From the NCBI GenBank assembly GCA_026014565.1, contig JAOZIB010000018.1, forward strand, positions 131,042-195,041: a stretch of DNA of 64,000 bases, in the 5' to 3' direction. The notes below the pieces were generated by a model. That model did not search any database, had not been told where the DNA came from, and saw nothing but the letters and a program-made list of their open reading frames with translations. Position 1 is the stretch's first letter. Each line of letters begins with the position of its first letter. This stretch comes from Candidatus Bathyarchaeum sp. Lineage in GTDB: Archaea > Thermoproteota > Bathyarchaeia > Bathyarchaeales > Bathyarchaeaceae. The translations under genes and the position numbers were made by a program. Shown here piece by piece: positions 18,586-29,100 of the stretch.

Positions 18586-18759
18586 TTACGCAAAAAATAC
18601 TGGACCCAAAATGCTCACAACAATAAGAGCAACAGCCATTATAACAGCAATTTCTGGCTTGACTTTAACACCTCGAGTGTCCTCTTCAAAGAATCGCAAA
18701 AGCCCAGCACCTTGAGCAGGCATACGGGCACCCTCGTTTCGTTTCTTTCGTCCACTCAT
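18586..18759 (-). CDS. sec61b: Preprotein translocase subunit Sec61-beta (57 aa; not in the ORF track)
   Basis: My translation is MSGRKKRNEGARMPAQGAGLLRFFEEDTRGVKVKPEIAVIMAVALIVVSILGPVFFA. This has the hallmark GLLRFFEED motif plus a C-terminal TM. Confidence 0.8.
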   Translation of the reverse strand: MSGRKKRNEGARMPAQGAGLLRFFEEDTRGVKVKPEIAVIMAVALIVVSILGPVFFA

Positions 18760-18909
18760 TTTGGTTCAATCCATACAGATTCATGAGAACTTAATTAAAG
18801 TTACGCATCCAACCTAAAAAATTCAGATTGTTGGGTTTTAAAAAAAAAAGCAGAGTTTAGTTGATTATTGAGATTTAGCTCAACGATTTTGGTCGAAAAG
18901 TATAACAAA

Positions 18910-18960
18910 ATACTCTGAAGCATAAAAATATACTCAGAAGATTTAAATAATACTTTAAAG
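18910..18960 (+). promoter_or_regulatory. Three ATACTNNNAAG boxes in an exact 20-bp register upstream of trpE
   Basis: ATACTCTGAAG (18910-18920), ATACTCAGAAG (18930-18940) and ATACTTTAAAG (18950-18960). Confidence 0.4.
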
Positions 18961-19030
18961 CAAATAGTTGTTCTATAGGAAAGATGGAAAATGAGGGATA
19001 ATTTTTGGCACCGCCAAACTCACCACAGCG

Positions 19031-20410
19031 ATGAATTCTAAAGTAATTCGCCAATTGAAGATCAAGAAATTATCCTTTAAGAAATCTCCTTTAGACATTT
19101 TTTCGAAAATTTACAGCCAATATGATGACACATACATTCTTGAGTCCATTGAAGGCCCCAAGAAACTTTCCCAATATTCTTTTATTGGGTTTAGCCCCGC
19201 AGCAACTATAACAATAAAAAATGGGAAATCAACGACTTTAAACAAAAGAGTGGGGGATAAACAAACAGAGAATGTTGAAGAGCCGTTATCAGCCATAGCA
19301 AAAACGCTAAAATCTTTGCCAGGATTTTTGGATCAACGATTTGTAGGAGGAGCGGTTGGGTACATTGGATATGATGCTGTTAGATATTGGGAGAAATTGC
19401 CAGAAAAGACAGTAGATGACCAAAAGTTTCCTGACGTTAAAGTTGGAATTTTTGATGATGGAATAATCTATGACCATAGAAACCAGCAAGCCTTCTACTA
19501 TTACATAAACGAAAACAGATTGGAAGAAATCAACAAACAACTAAAAGAAGACACCAAAGAAAATTTAGAGTGTAAACAACTAGGAGTTAATATTTCCAAA
19601 GAAAAGTTTGAAGATGCTGTAGAAGCAGCTAAAGAATACGTAACTGCTGGAGACATTTTTCAGGTTGTTCTTTCTAAGCGTTATGATTTTGAAATTAAAG
19701 GTAGCTTGATTGGAGTTTACCGTAACCTTCGCAAAATAAACCCTTCACCTTACATGTATTTTGTAAAATCTGGGGAACATCAAATCGTTGGCTCCAGCCC
19801 CGAAATGCTTGCAAGAGTTGAAAACAGAAAAGTTGAAACATTTCCAATCGCAGGAACCCGACCCCACGTAAAAGACCCAAAAGAAAACAAACGCCTGACA
19901 GATGAACTGCTAGCAGACCCAAAAGAAAGAGCTGAACATGTGATGCTCGTGGATTTGGGCAGAAACGACATCGGGAAAGTTTCCAAGTTTGGCAGTGTTC
20001 ATCTTCCAGAATTCATGCAAGTGCATCAATACAGTCATGTCCAGCACATTGTCTCACGAGTTGTAGGCGACTTAAAAGATGAATGCAACGCCTATAACGC
20101 CTTAAGAGCTGTTTTTCCAGCAGGAACAGTTTCTGGAGCACCGAAAGTTAGGGCAATGGAAATAATCGAAGAGTTAGAACCAACAAGAAGAGGACCATAT
20201 GCCGGTGCCGTAGGTTATTTTTCATATAATGGGAACGCAGATTTCGCCATTACAATCAGAACTTTGGTTGCAAATGGAGAAAAGGCATACCTGCAAGTGG
20301 GTGCAGGAATTGTTGCAGATTCTGTACCAGAAAACGAATGGTTTGAAACAGAGCACAAAGGACGTGCCCTAATGAAAGCCTTGGAAGTTTCAGAAAGTGA
20401 AAAACAATGA
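19031..20410 (+). CDS. trpE: Anthranilate synthase component I
   Basis: [33 protein letters not shown] and [10 protein letters not shown] motifs. Confidence 0.92.
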   Translation: MNSKVIRQLKIKKLSFKKSPLDIFSKIYSQYDDTYILESIEGPKKLSQYSFIGFSPAATITIKNGKSTTLNKRVGDKQTENVEEPLSAIAKTLKSLPGFLDQRFVGGAVGYIGYDAVRYWEKLPEKTVDDQKFPDVKVGIFDDGIIYDHRNQQAFYYYINENRLEEINKQLKEDTKENLECKQLGVNISKEKFEDAVEAAKEYVTAGDIFQVVLSKRYDFEIKGSLIGVYRNLRKINPSPYMYFVKSGEHQIVGSSPEMLARVENRKVETFPIAGTRPHVKDPKENKRLTDELLADPKERAEHVMLVDLGRNDIGKVSKFGSVHLPEFMQVHQYSHVQHIVSRVVGDLKDECNAYNALRAVFPAGTVSGAPKVRAMEIIEELEPTRRGPYAGAVGYFSYNGNADFAITIRTLVANGEKAYLQVGAGIVADSVPENEWFETEHKGRALMKALEVSESEKQ

Positions 20411-20997
20411 AAGTGCTAGTTATCGACAACTATGATTCCTTTGTTTACAACTTGGTCCAATACATCGGAGAGATGGGAGGCGACCCCGTAGTTTATAGAA
20501 ACGATAAGTTGACAGTACAGCAAGCCATGGAACTCAACCCTGAACGCATAGTAATTTCTCCAGGTCCAGGAACCCCAGAAGACCCTCACTACTTTGGAGT
20601 TTGTTCTGGAGTGCTAAAAGAGATGAGTAGTAAAATTCCCACATTGGGTGTTTGTCTGGGAAACCAAGGCATAATTTCGGTTTTTGGCGGAAAAGTTGTT
20701 CGGGCTAATCGTTTGATGCATGGAAAAACAAGCATAATAAAACATGATGGAAAAGGTTTGTTTGAAGGAGTGAAAAATCCGTTTACGGCAACTCGCTATC
20801 ATTCTCTTGTTGGAGAAAAATGTTCCATTCCGTTGTGCATTGAAATAACCGCAAAATCAGCTGACGATGGGGAGATTATGGCTGTTCGTCACAAGGAATA
20901 TCCAATAAGTGGTGTTCAGTTCCATCCGGAATCTATACTGTGTGAAGACGGAAAAAAAATCGTCAAGAACTTTCTTGAAGGAAGAAATTCAAAATGA
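20407..20997 (+). CDS. trpG: Anthranilate synthase component II (glutamine amidotransferase)
   Basis: ISPGPGTP, GVCLGNQ (catalytic Cys) and QFHPES. ATGA overlap with trpE. Confidence 0.92.
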   Translation: MKVLVIDNYDSFVYNLVQYIGEMGGDPVVYRNDKLTVQQAMELNPERIVISPGPGTPEDPHYFGVCSGVLKEMSSKIPTLGVCLGNQGIISVFGGKVVRANRLMHGKTSIIKHDGKGLFEGVKNPFTATRYHSLVGEKCSIPLCIEITAKSADDGEIMAVRHKEYPISGVQFHPESILCEDGKKIVKNFLEGRNSK

Positions 20998-22055
20998 TCA
21001 AAGAGAGCCTGCAAAAAGTCATCAATGGTGCCGAGTTGACGTATGAGGAGTCAACAGCGGTCATGAAAGAAATAATGTCAGGCGAGGCAACAAACGCTCA
21101 GATTGGGGCTTTTTTGACGGCTCTTAGAATTAAAGGAGAAACAACTACAGAACTCACGGGTTTCACAAGAGTAATGAAACAATGTTGTAACCAAATACAT
21201 CCCAAAGTCAGAGGCAGACTAGTTGACACTTGTGGAACGGGCGGAGATAAAGTTAAAACCTTCAACATCAGCACAACTGCAGCCTTTGTTGTTGCAGGGG
21301 CAGATATTCCAGTGGCAAAACACGGGAACAGATCAGTAACCAGCAAATGCGGCAGCGCCGACGTTCTGGAAGGATTGGGACTTAACCTTAACGTAGAACC
21401 CAAAACAGTCGAAAAGGCAATTGAACAAGTCGGAGTGGGTTTCATGTTTGCGCCTGCGTTTCATCCAGCAATGAAATATGCCATTGGTCCACGCAGAGAA
21501 CTTGGCATAAGAACCGTTTTCAATGTTCTTGGACCTTTAACTAATCCGGCAGACGCCAAAGCCCAACTGTTGGGGGTTTACGACGCCAAACTTACAGAGC
21601 CTCTAGCTAATTCTCTAAAAAGCCTTGGCAGTGAAGAAGCCATGGTTGTTCATGGTCTGGATGGCTTGGATGAAATTTCAACCATTGGGAAAACCCAGAT
21701 TTCGTGGTTAAGAAACAATAAAGTTACAACAACAGAAATGTCTCCCAAGGATCTTGGGGTGAAACAGACTAAACTAAAAGACATTGAAGGAGTTACGCCA
21801 GAAAAAAGCGCAGAGTTAATGTTCAAACTCTTGTTTGGCATAATTGATTCTGATGACCCTAAACGGGAAATTGTGCAAATTAATGGTGCATCAGCAATTA
21901 TTGTTGGAGGAAAAGCTGACAAGTTTGATTACGGAATTGAAGTAGCAAAAGAATCCATTGAGAGCGGCAAGGCATACCGGAAACTTAAGGAGCTTGTCAA
22001 ATTTTCGGGTGGCGATCTAACTAAGCTTGAAGAGTTGGAAACAAAACATGTCTGA
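20994..22055 (+). CDS. trpD: Anthranilate phosphoribosyltransferase
   Basis: DTCGTGGD, KHGNRSVTSKCGSADVLE and VHGLDGLDE. Confidence 0.92.
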   Translation: MIKESLQKVINGAELTYEESTAVMKEIMSGEATNAQIGAFLTALRIKGETTTELTGFTRVMKQCCNQIHPKVRGRLVDTCGTGGDKVKTFNISTTAAFVVAGADIPVAKHGNRSVTSKCGSADVLEGLGLNLNVEPKTVEKAIEQVGVGFMFAPAFHPAMKYAIGPRRELGIRTVFNVLGPLTNPADAKAQLLGVYDAKLTEPLANSLKSLGSEEAMVVHGLDGLDEISTIGKTQISWLRNNKVTTTEMSPKDLGVKQTKLKDIEGVTPEKSAELMFKLLFGIIDSDDPKREIVQINGASAIIVGGKADKFDYGIEVAKESIESGKAYRKLKELVKFSGGDLTKLEELETKHV

Positions 22056-22827
22056 TTGTCTTGACAAGCTAGCACAGGATGCCAAAGAAACTGTTGCAGA
22101 AGGATACTACGAAGTTTCAGCAAAGGACAGTATCTGTTCGGTTAGTCTCAAACAAGCAGTAATCAAACAAAACCAAAACCCGGTAATTTCTGAAGTAAAA
22201 GCTGCCTCACCAACCAGAGGAACAATAAAAACAGACTTCGATCCAGCAGAAATCGCAAAAGCCATGAAAAAAGGTGGAGCAACTGGTTTGTCTGTTTTGA
22301 CTGAACCTAAGCACTTCAAGGGTTCCCTTAGTTATTTAGCCAAAGTCAGAGATACAGTAAAGCTACCAATTCTAATGAAAGACATAATCCTAGACCACGT
22401 GCAAATTGAAGCGGGGTCTAAACTTGGGGCAAACGTTGTTTTGTTAATTAAAGCCCTTTTTGACAGAGGCCATTGTGAAAACAGCTTAGAAGACATGGTT
22501 GCCTTCGCGCATTCAAAGAATCTTGAAGTTTTATTGGAAACACATAACGAATCAGAGTTTGAATCTGCACTCCAAACTGAAGCAGATTTGGTTGGAATCA
22601 ACAATCGCGACTTAAGAACGTTGGAAGTTGACATTAAAACGACTGAGAAAATCCTGAAAAATGTTAAAACAAAAAACAAGATTGTCGTCAGTGAAAGTGG
22701 GATAACGGTACCTTCTGAGGTTGTTTTTCTGCGTGATTGTGGCGCTGATGCTTTTTTAATTGGTTCTTCGATTATGATGTCGGATGACCTAGAAAAAACG
22801 GTTAAGGAGTTTGTTACCGCCCAATGA
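22048..22827 (+). CDS. trpC: Indole-3-glycerol-phosphate synthase
   Basis: ISEVKAASPTRG, LSVLTEPKHFKGS, KDIILD and INNRDLRT. The ATG at 22048 lies just before the trpD stop (the track ORF starts at TTG 22027). Confidence 0.9.
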   Translation: MSDCLDKLAQDAKETVAEGYYEVSAKDSICSVSLKQAVIKQNQNPVISEVKAASPTRGTIKTDFDPAEIAKAMKKGGATGLSVLTEPKHFKGSLSYLAKVRDTVKLPILMKDIILDHVQIEAGSKLGANVVLLIKALFDRGHCENSLEDMVAFAHSKNLEVLLETHNESEFESALQTEADLVGINNRDLRTLEVDIKTTEKILKNVKTKNKIVVSESGITVPSEVVFLRDCGADAFLIGSSIMMSDDLEKTVKEFVTAQ

Positions 22828-23483
22828 GGAAAGTCAGAGTGAAAATCTGCGGAATAACCCGAAAAGAAGACTTGGCTACGGCGATTGATTCAGGAGCGGA
22901 CGCTGTTGGTTTTCTAGTGGGGGTTCCAGCATCGCCAAGGAATCTGACCTTAAAAAAGGCAAAAACTTTGATTGATTTAGTTCCAGTTTTTGTTGAGAGC
23001 GTGGTTGTTACTGCGCCAGAAACTGTTGAAGACATTATTGAAATCTGTGAAACACTAAAGCCATCTGTTATCCAAATTCATGGAAAGAAAAATTTTATTG
23101 CTTCACAAGTCCGTGAGAAAGTAAAGAACACATGTTTAGTGAAAACCGTTTACGTTAAACCCGATATCCTAGAAGAAGAAAACATAGAAGAACTGAAACA
23201 GTTTGATGCGGTTCTTTTGGATTCTTTCACCAAAAACCAGTATGGGGGAACGGGAAAAACTCATGACTGGGCTGTAAGCAAACAAATCAAAGAAGCCGTT
23301 GCTCCGGTCCCAATTATTTTAGCAGGGGGATTAAAGCCAGAAAACGTCAAAGAGGCAATCGTAGCAGTAAAACCGTACGCGGTTGATGTTGCCAGTGGTG
23401 TTGAAGCCAGCCCAGCAATTAAAGATCCCAAGAAAATTCACGCTTTTGTTGAAAACGCAAAGGAGATTAAACTACAAAAATAG
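22824..23483 (+). CDS. trpF: Phosphoribosylanthranilate isomerase
   Basis: VKICGITR..D, ADAVGFL and GGTGKTHDW...ILAGGL..ENV. ATGA overlap with trpC. Confidence 0.9.
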   Translation: MRKVRVKICGITRKEDLATAIDSGADAVGFLVGVPASPRNLTLKKAKTLIDLVPVFVESVVVTAPETVEDIIEICETLKPSVIQIHGKKNFIASQVREKVKNTCLVKTVYVKPDILEEENIEELKQFDAVLLDSFTKNQYGGTGKTHDWAVSKQIKEAVAPVPIILAGGLKPENVKEAIVAVKPYAVDVASGVEASPAIKDPKKIHAFVENAKEIKLQK

Positions 23484-24665
23484 GTGAACATTTTGACGAA
23501 AGGAAAATTTGGAAAATTTGGCGGACAGTACGTCAACGAAATACTAATGCCAATTCTAATCGAGTTGGAAGATGCCTTTGAAAAGCATTATCCAACCCCA
23601 GAATTTCAAGAAAAACTGAACGAACTGCTACGAGACTACGCAGGAAGACCAACTTCTTTGTATTACGCAAGAAACTTTAGCAAAGTAATCGGCTGCAAAG
23701 TTTACCTCAAACGAGAAGACCTAGTCTGCGGAGGATCTCATAAACTCAACAACGCCCTTGGGCAAGCCTTGCTCACAAAAGAAATGGGAAAAACCCGAAT
23801 GATAACTGAAACCGCCGCAGGACAGCATGGTCTAGCAACTGCTATGGCAGGAAACGTGTGTGGCTTAGAAACAGAAGTTTTTATGGGCGCCAAAGACATC
23901 ATACGCCAAGCAAGCAATGTTAAACGAATCAAACTCTTAGGAGCAAAAGTCACACCCGTTAACATTGGAATGGGAGTTCTAAAGGATGCAGTTTCAGATA
24001 CTCTACGAAAATGGACAGGGTGCTCAACAAATACTCATTATCTTATGGGGTCAACTGTTGGTCCACGACCATATCCAGAAATTGTGGCAACCTTCCAAAG
24101 CGTTATCGGAAAAGAAATCAAAAAACAAATCCACGAAAAAGAAGGCAGACTCCCAGATACAATAGTAGCCTGTGGAAGCGGAGGCAGCAACGCCCTAGGA
24201 GCCTTCAGGCCCTTCATCAAAGAAAAAGACGTCAAACTGGTTTTTGTGGAAGGGGGAGGAGTAAACCTAAAAGCAGACAACAGCGCCGCAGCCTTCAAAA
24301 TTGGTAAACCCGGAATTCTTCACGGAGCAGTAATGCAAGTTTTGCAAGACGAAAATGGACAGATAAAACCATCCAGAACTCGAGCTGCAGGGCTTAACTA
24401 TCCTGGAAGGGGTCCAGAAATTTCAGGATTAGTTGATAGGGGCAGAGTGAAAGCTAGTTGCGCCTTTGATAATCAAGTATTTGAAGCAGTCAAGGTTATG
24501 TGTCGCACGGAGGGCTTGATTCCTGCATTGGAGACGGCTCATGCCATAGCATATATGATGAACAATAAAGACGAATTCACCAAAGACGAAGTGGTTGTTT
24601 TGAACTTTTCAGGCAGAGGCGACAAGGACCTAGAGACCATTGTGAGGTATTTTGATGAGGCTTGA
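23484..24665 (+). CDS. trpB: Tryptophan synthase beta chain
   Basis: GKFGGQYV, GRPTSLYYA, LKREDL..GGSHKLNNA, ETAAGQHG and GSGGSNA. Confidence 0.92.
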   Translation: MNILTKGKFGKFGGQYVNEILMPILIELEDAFEKHYPTPEFQEKLNELLRDYAGRPTSLYYARNFSKVIGCKVYLKREDLVCGGSHKLNNALGQALLTKEMGKTRMITETAAGQHGLATAMAGNVCGLETEVFMGAKDIIRQASNVKRIKLLGAKVTPVNIGMGVLKDAVSDTLRKWTGCSTNTHYLMGSTVGPRPYPEIVATFQSVIGKEIKKQIHEKEGRLPDTIVACGSGGSNALGAFRPFIKEKDVKLVFVEGGGVNLKADNSAAAFKIGKPGILHGAVMQVLQDENGQIKPSRTRAAGLNYPGRGPEISGLVDRGRVKASCAFDNQVFEAVKVMCRTEGLIPALETAHAIAYMMNNKDEFTKDEVVVLNFSGRGDKDLETIVRYFDEA

Positions 24666-25482
24666 AAACAAATTCAAAGAACTCAAAAACAAAGGAGAAG
24701 GGGCTCACATGCCCCACGTCTACTACGGAGACCCCCACGAAGAGTTTTCCCTTAAACTGCTAGAGACCTTAGTTCGAAACGGAGCAGATATTCTTGAGTT
24801 TGGAATTCCCTTTTCTGACCCAACAGCAGACGGTCCAACGTTTCAGGCAGTATGTGAAAGGGCATTACAAAAGGGCATGACCCCAAACAAATGCATTGAA
24901 GGCATTAAAAAGATAAGAGCAAAAGGCATTGAAAACCCCATTGTAGTTACGACTTATTATAACATCCCATATGTTATGGGTGTTGGAAACTTTTTGAAAA
25001 AAATCAAAGATGCAGGAGCTCAAGCCATAATCGTGCCTAATGTTCCGGTTGAAGAAGCAGATATTTTGATAGTGGAAGGAAAAAAGAATGGAATCCACCC
25101 CATATTTCAAGTCGCACCAACAACAACCGAAGAAAGACTCAAAAAAATCGCAGACATCGCCTCTGGATTTCTTTATGTCATCGGGGTTGAAGGAGTAACA
25201 GGTGTTCGAGAAAGGATAGGGGATTCTACATTCAAACTAGTTGAACGGGTTAGAAAACACACAGATATGCCACTGTTAGCTGGATTTGGAATTTCAACTA
25301 AAGAACAAGCCGCAAACGTAGTTGCCGCAGGCGCAGATGGTGCAATAGCAGGAAGCGCATATGCTAAAGTCTATGAGAAAAGCTTGGAAAAACCTGAAGA
25401 AACACTATCTGAGATTACCGAGTTAGTAACTCAGATTAAACAAGGATGCATTGAAGGCTATAGACAACAACGGAAAAGTTAA
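24655..25482 (+). CDS. trpA: Tryptophan synthase alpha chain
   Basis: GADILEFGIPFSDPTADGPTFQ, GFLYVIGVEGVTG and LAGFGIS. Overlaps the trpB stop. Confidence 0.9.
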   Translation: MRLENKFKELKNKGEGAHMPHVYYGDPHEEFSLKLLETLVRNGADILEFGIPFSDPTADGPTFQAVCERALQKGMTPNKCIEGIKKIRAKGIENPIVVTTYYNIPYVMGVGNFLKKIKDAGAQAIIVPNVPVEEADILIVEGKKNGIHPIFQVAPTTTEERLKKIADIASGFLYVIGVEGVTGVRERIGDSTFKLVERVRKHTDMPLLAGFGISTKEQAANVVAAGADGAIAGSAYAKVYEKSLEKPEETLSEITELVTQIKQGCIEGYRQQRKS

Positions 25483-25520
25483 AACAACTATAGCTTTGCA
25501 GGTTAACTTGAGGATGAAAA

Positions 25521-25808
25521 ATGGACATCAAGGAATTTCAGAAATTGATGAAGCAGTTGTATTTTTCTAGGGATGCTGAACGTGGAGAAGAAAAAACTTT
25601 ATCGTGGCTTGAAGAAGAAGTTCAAGAATTAAGAGAAGCGTTACAAGAAGGCGACACTAAAGAAGCGGAAAAAGAGTTTGCTGATGTTTTAGCTTGGTTG
25701 GCGTCCTTGGCAAACGTTGTGGGCGTTGACTTAGAAAAAGCAGCACTTTCAAAATATGCCAATAAATGTCCAAAATGCAAACTGAACCCTTGTGATTGCC
25801 CGTTCTAA
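25521..25808 (+). CDS. MazG-like nucleotide pyrophosphohydrolase (small single-domain form)
   Basis: EEVQELREA....EAEKEFADVLAWLASLANVVGVDLEKA is the EExE/D-type MazG helix pair. C-terminal CPKC..C.C. Confidence 0.7.
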   Translation: MDIKEFQKLMKQLYFSRDAERGEEKTLSWLEEEVQELREALQEGDTKEAEKEFADVLAWLASLANVVGVDLEKAALSKYANKCPKCKLNPCDCPF

Positions 25809-26086
25809 AGGGCATCAATCAATCTTTGTTGTCCAGCACCAGTTAATTCCCAAAGATATTTGCGTTTACCTCTGTGGCGCACGATGTTTTCACTTTCCAA
25901 AAGATGCAAGTGATAAAGAACAACAGAATAACTAAGCTGAGCCTTTTTTGAAATGGTTATAGTCTTGGATATTTGAGTTTCAAGAACAGTAAGAAGTTTT
26001 GTTCTAGCAACTAAACCGGGTTGAACGTTCTTTTTTGAATTCAAGAAAGCGTTTGGGTGAAATTTGATTCGAAGCATCGTGCTCAA
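25805..26086 (-). CDS. ArsR-like winged-helix transcriptional regulator
   Basis: ISKKAQLSYSVVLYHLHLLESENIVRHRGKRKYLWELT is an HTH-plus-wing pattern. There is a 4-nt convergent overlap with the MazG-like gene. Confidence 0.6.
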   Translation of the reverse strand: MSTMLRIKFHPNAFLNSKKNVQPGLVARTKLLTVLETQISKTITISKKAQLSYSVVLYHLHLLESENIVRHRGKRKYLWELTGAGQQRLIDAL

Positions 26087-26132
26087 GGTATGTTGGAGTT
26101 TAAATCAAAAAAGATTTGTATTAAAATTCAAA

Positions 26133-29100
26133 TCATGAGAATGCTTCAAGGCTAGATTGGCGAGGCTTTTTGCCTTCGAATAAGGTTAAGATTTCTTCTT
26201 GTACCATGTCGAGACGTTGGGCATAGTAATCGAGTAAACCGTATTTTTCAACCAGCCGTGATGCTGCTATTAGATATTTTTCTATTCCACCACGGTAAAC
26301 CGTGAGAATTAAATCACTATTACAAGAAGGACATTTTCCGATAAGAGGCATCCGTCTGAATTTTTTGTTACAACCCTTACAACGGAATTGTTGAGTGGTA
26401 AACGCGCGAAGATTTCCGGCAATATCACGAATAAAATGAGTGTTCAAAACTTTGTTGGCGACCACGTCTGCGTCTACGGCGGCAATTTTTTCTGCCAAAA
26501 CAAGTTGGCTATGCATTTTGTCGATCATTTTACCAAATTTTTTATAGACACTTTCAGTGTTGCCCATGTTAATATTGGAAACAGGAATGGTGTACTTGAA
26601 GCCTTCAAACTGAGCAGGCGTATTCAACCTATCAGCAATAACGTCAATAATATTCATTGTTTGACGGGCGTCTGCTTCTTCCCAAGTTTTTTGATAAAAT
26701 TCTAGTGGATATTGTCCAGTGACGTCTACTTCGTGGGCTTGTCGTTGGACTTCTAAGGGATTAACTACCGGAATAATTAAAATTGGAGCATCCATGATTC
26801 CGCCGATTTGTGAAGGTAGAAATTCTTTAGAAAAATTCAAGATTGCATCCAGACCCAAAATTACGGCATCTTCATCGCCGTCACAGTCTCGCCGTTTTGC
26901 TGAATGCCACATGTGATGAGCATAAATAACATTCAGAGGTGTAAATCCAATGATTCGCCCAACAATTCCTACTGATGTGTGAGGGGCCAAACCAATTACA
27001 AGGTGACCAATTAATTCTTTGGGTTTGGATATGTTGTAGTATTTTGGAAGCTTGTACACTTTTTCAAGGAGTTCGTCCAAAAAATTTGCGACTTTAAGAA
27101 AATATGTTGCGCACTTTCTAGGGATGACTATGTCTTGAACTTTTAACTCACAAATTTGGTCAGGACTAGTTAATGGGTTTCCTTGATAATCGTGAGTGTA
27201 ACCGTTTGCTCGGACTTGCTCAACGGTAACGCCAACTTCTTTGGAGGTAAAATGAGAAAGGGGAGCGTTTGTAGCATCAAATCTGATTGTTCCATCCTTG
27301 AACACAGACAAACCATGTCTGGCACGTAAAAGCCCTTTTTCAAGAATTTCGGGTGTTTTGGTTTCATTTGTCATACCTTTCACACCCTTGAAAAGGCTAA
27401 GCATAGGAAGACTCAGATTCTTACAAGCAACAGACAACAAGCCCCTTATGTCAACTTCTTGTCTAGCGTGAGACCGGGTTGAAGTTTTACAAGCAGGGCA
27501 CTCATCTACATCTAACGTTCTTCCACATTGAGGACAAGTTTTCTCCAAAACAGTATCTGAACCACATTGGTTACATTTGAGGGTTAAACTTGGTGCGTTA
27601 CATTTTACACAACGGCGTTTTACAAGATCAACTTCTATAGAAATTTTTTTTGAAGCATCAATAACATTACGGCGAGACCCTCCAGCCAAACCCACAGGAA
27701 ACAAAGTGTGAACTAGAGGTTTCATTTCTCGGTGTTTAGCTTTTTCTGGGCGCCCCATTCGAGCACCTACAAAACTAACACCTTTTGCCTTAACAATAAT
27801 CCCAGTAAGATTTTTTATAATATCCAGAACAGGTTCTGAAGTCACAATTTCAAACTCAGGCTTGTTAAATCCAAGACAAAAAGCAACAATGTGAGCTTCG
27901 TCCCCCACAATCTTTACAGTGTTCAAAATAACTTCGTGTTGAATGCACAGTTTTTCAAGAATGTCTTTAGCTGATTTGTCTTTAAAACCTACAATTTCTT
28001 GAACTATAGTGTTTTCAACCTTGATTTCAGAAGCTAACAACCATTTTCTTAGAGCCAAAAATTCTTCTCCAGAAAGAGTTTCCCAAAAAAAAGTAAACGC
28101 TGGATGAAAAGGCACCCCCAAAACCAAAGAAAGCCGAATTGCTTTTTGAGGGGTAGGTTTGTTTTTGTAAACGTCAGTCAAGATTTTCTGCAGATAAGAT
28201 TTTTCCAGCTCTAATGCGTGGGCAGTTTTATCTAAATCATCGCCAAACTTTTGGTTTATCGATAGAGTAAGTTCTTCTCCCCACCATTCTTCATTGTATC
28301 CTGCGGGACGAAGAGGCTTGTTAGTATACAAAAAATCTCCAAACCCAATTAGAATGTCTCCTAAAAACAGGATTTTATCAATCATTTTGTTAACGGAATC
28401 AAAGTTTTCAAGGGTGACTCGGACCACTGAACCATTTTTGAGTCGAACAATAGGAGCCTCGATACTATCTACGGGAACAGTAATTCCTCCTTTTCCGGGA
28501 CCTTCTAAACGAAGCTGAGTACCAGCTGCTAGAAAATTTTGCACAGTTAACATGGTTGCAGGATGAATTCCAACCGCAGCCAAGCCAGTGTTTCTGGACC
28601 GCCCATAACGAAGCCTAAAGCCCCCAACCCGAGAAGGAAACGAAAAAATTGGTCGCCCAGCAATTACGTCGGCCATAAATCCTGATTTCTTTTTCTTTGA
28701 AAACTCTTTGAGGTTTCCAAGCCAATCCCAACCAGGGATTTGCAATTTTTCGATAGTTGTTAATACTTTTGCTGCCCGGCCAACAATCCCATCATTTACT
28801 ACCCGCAAGGCTCCGCCTCGAACGTTGTTTGTTTCAATTCGAGGTAGATTTCTGAAGGTTGAAACTTCTACTGGATCTGATTCGGTTCCTGTTACTTCTA
28901 CGGGAATGTTTTGTATGCCTCTTCGTAATTCTTCATCTGAGATGTGATACTGGAAACGGGCGATTGAACGCTCAAATAAGCGGATTTCTTCAATAAAGCG
29001 CCCAATTTCGTCTTCTGTGGGTTTATAGCAATCCAGTTTGAGTAAGCGACGAATATGGTCACCCACAATTATGGTTAAAGCTTGTTCGGTACCTCCTGCA

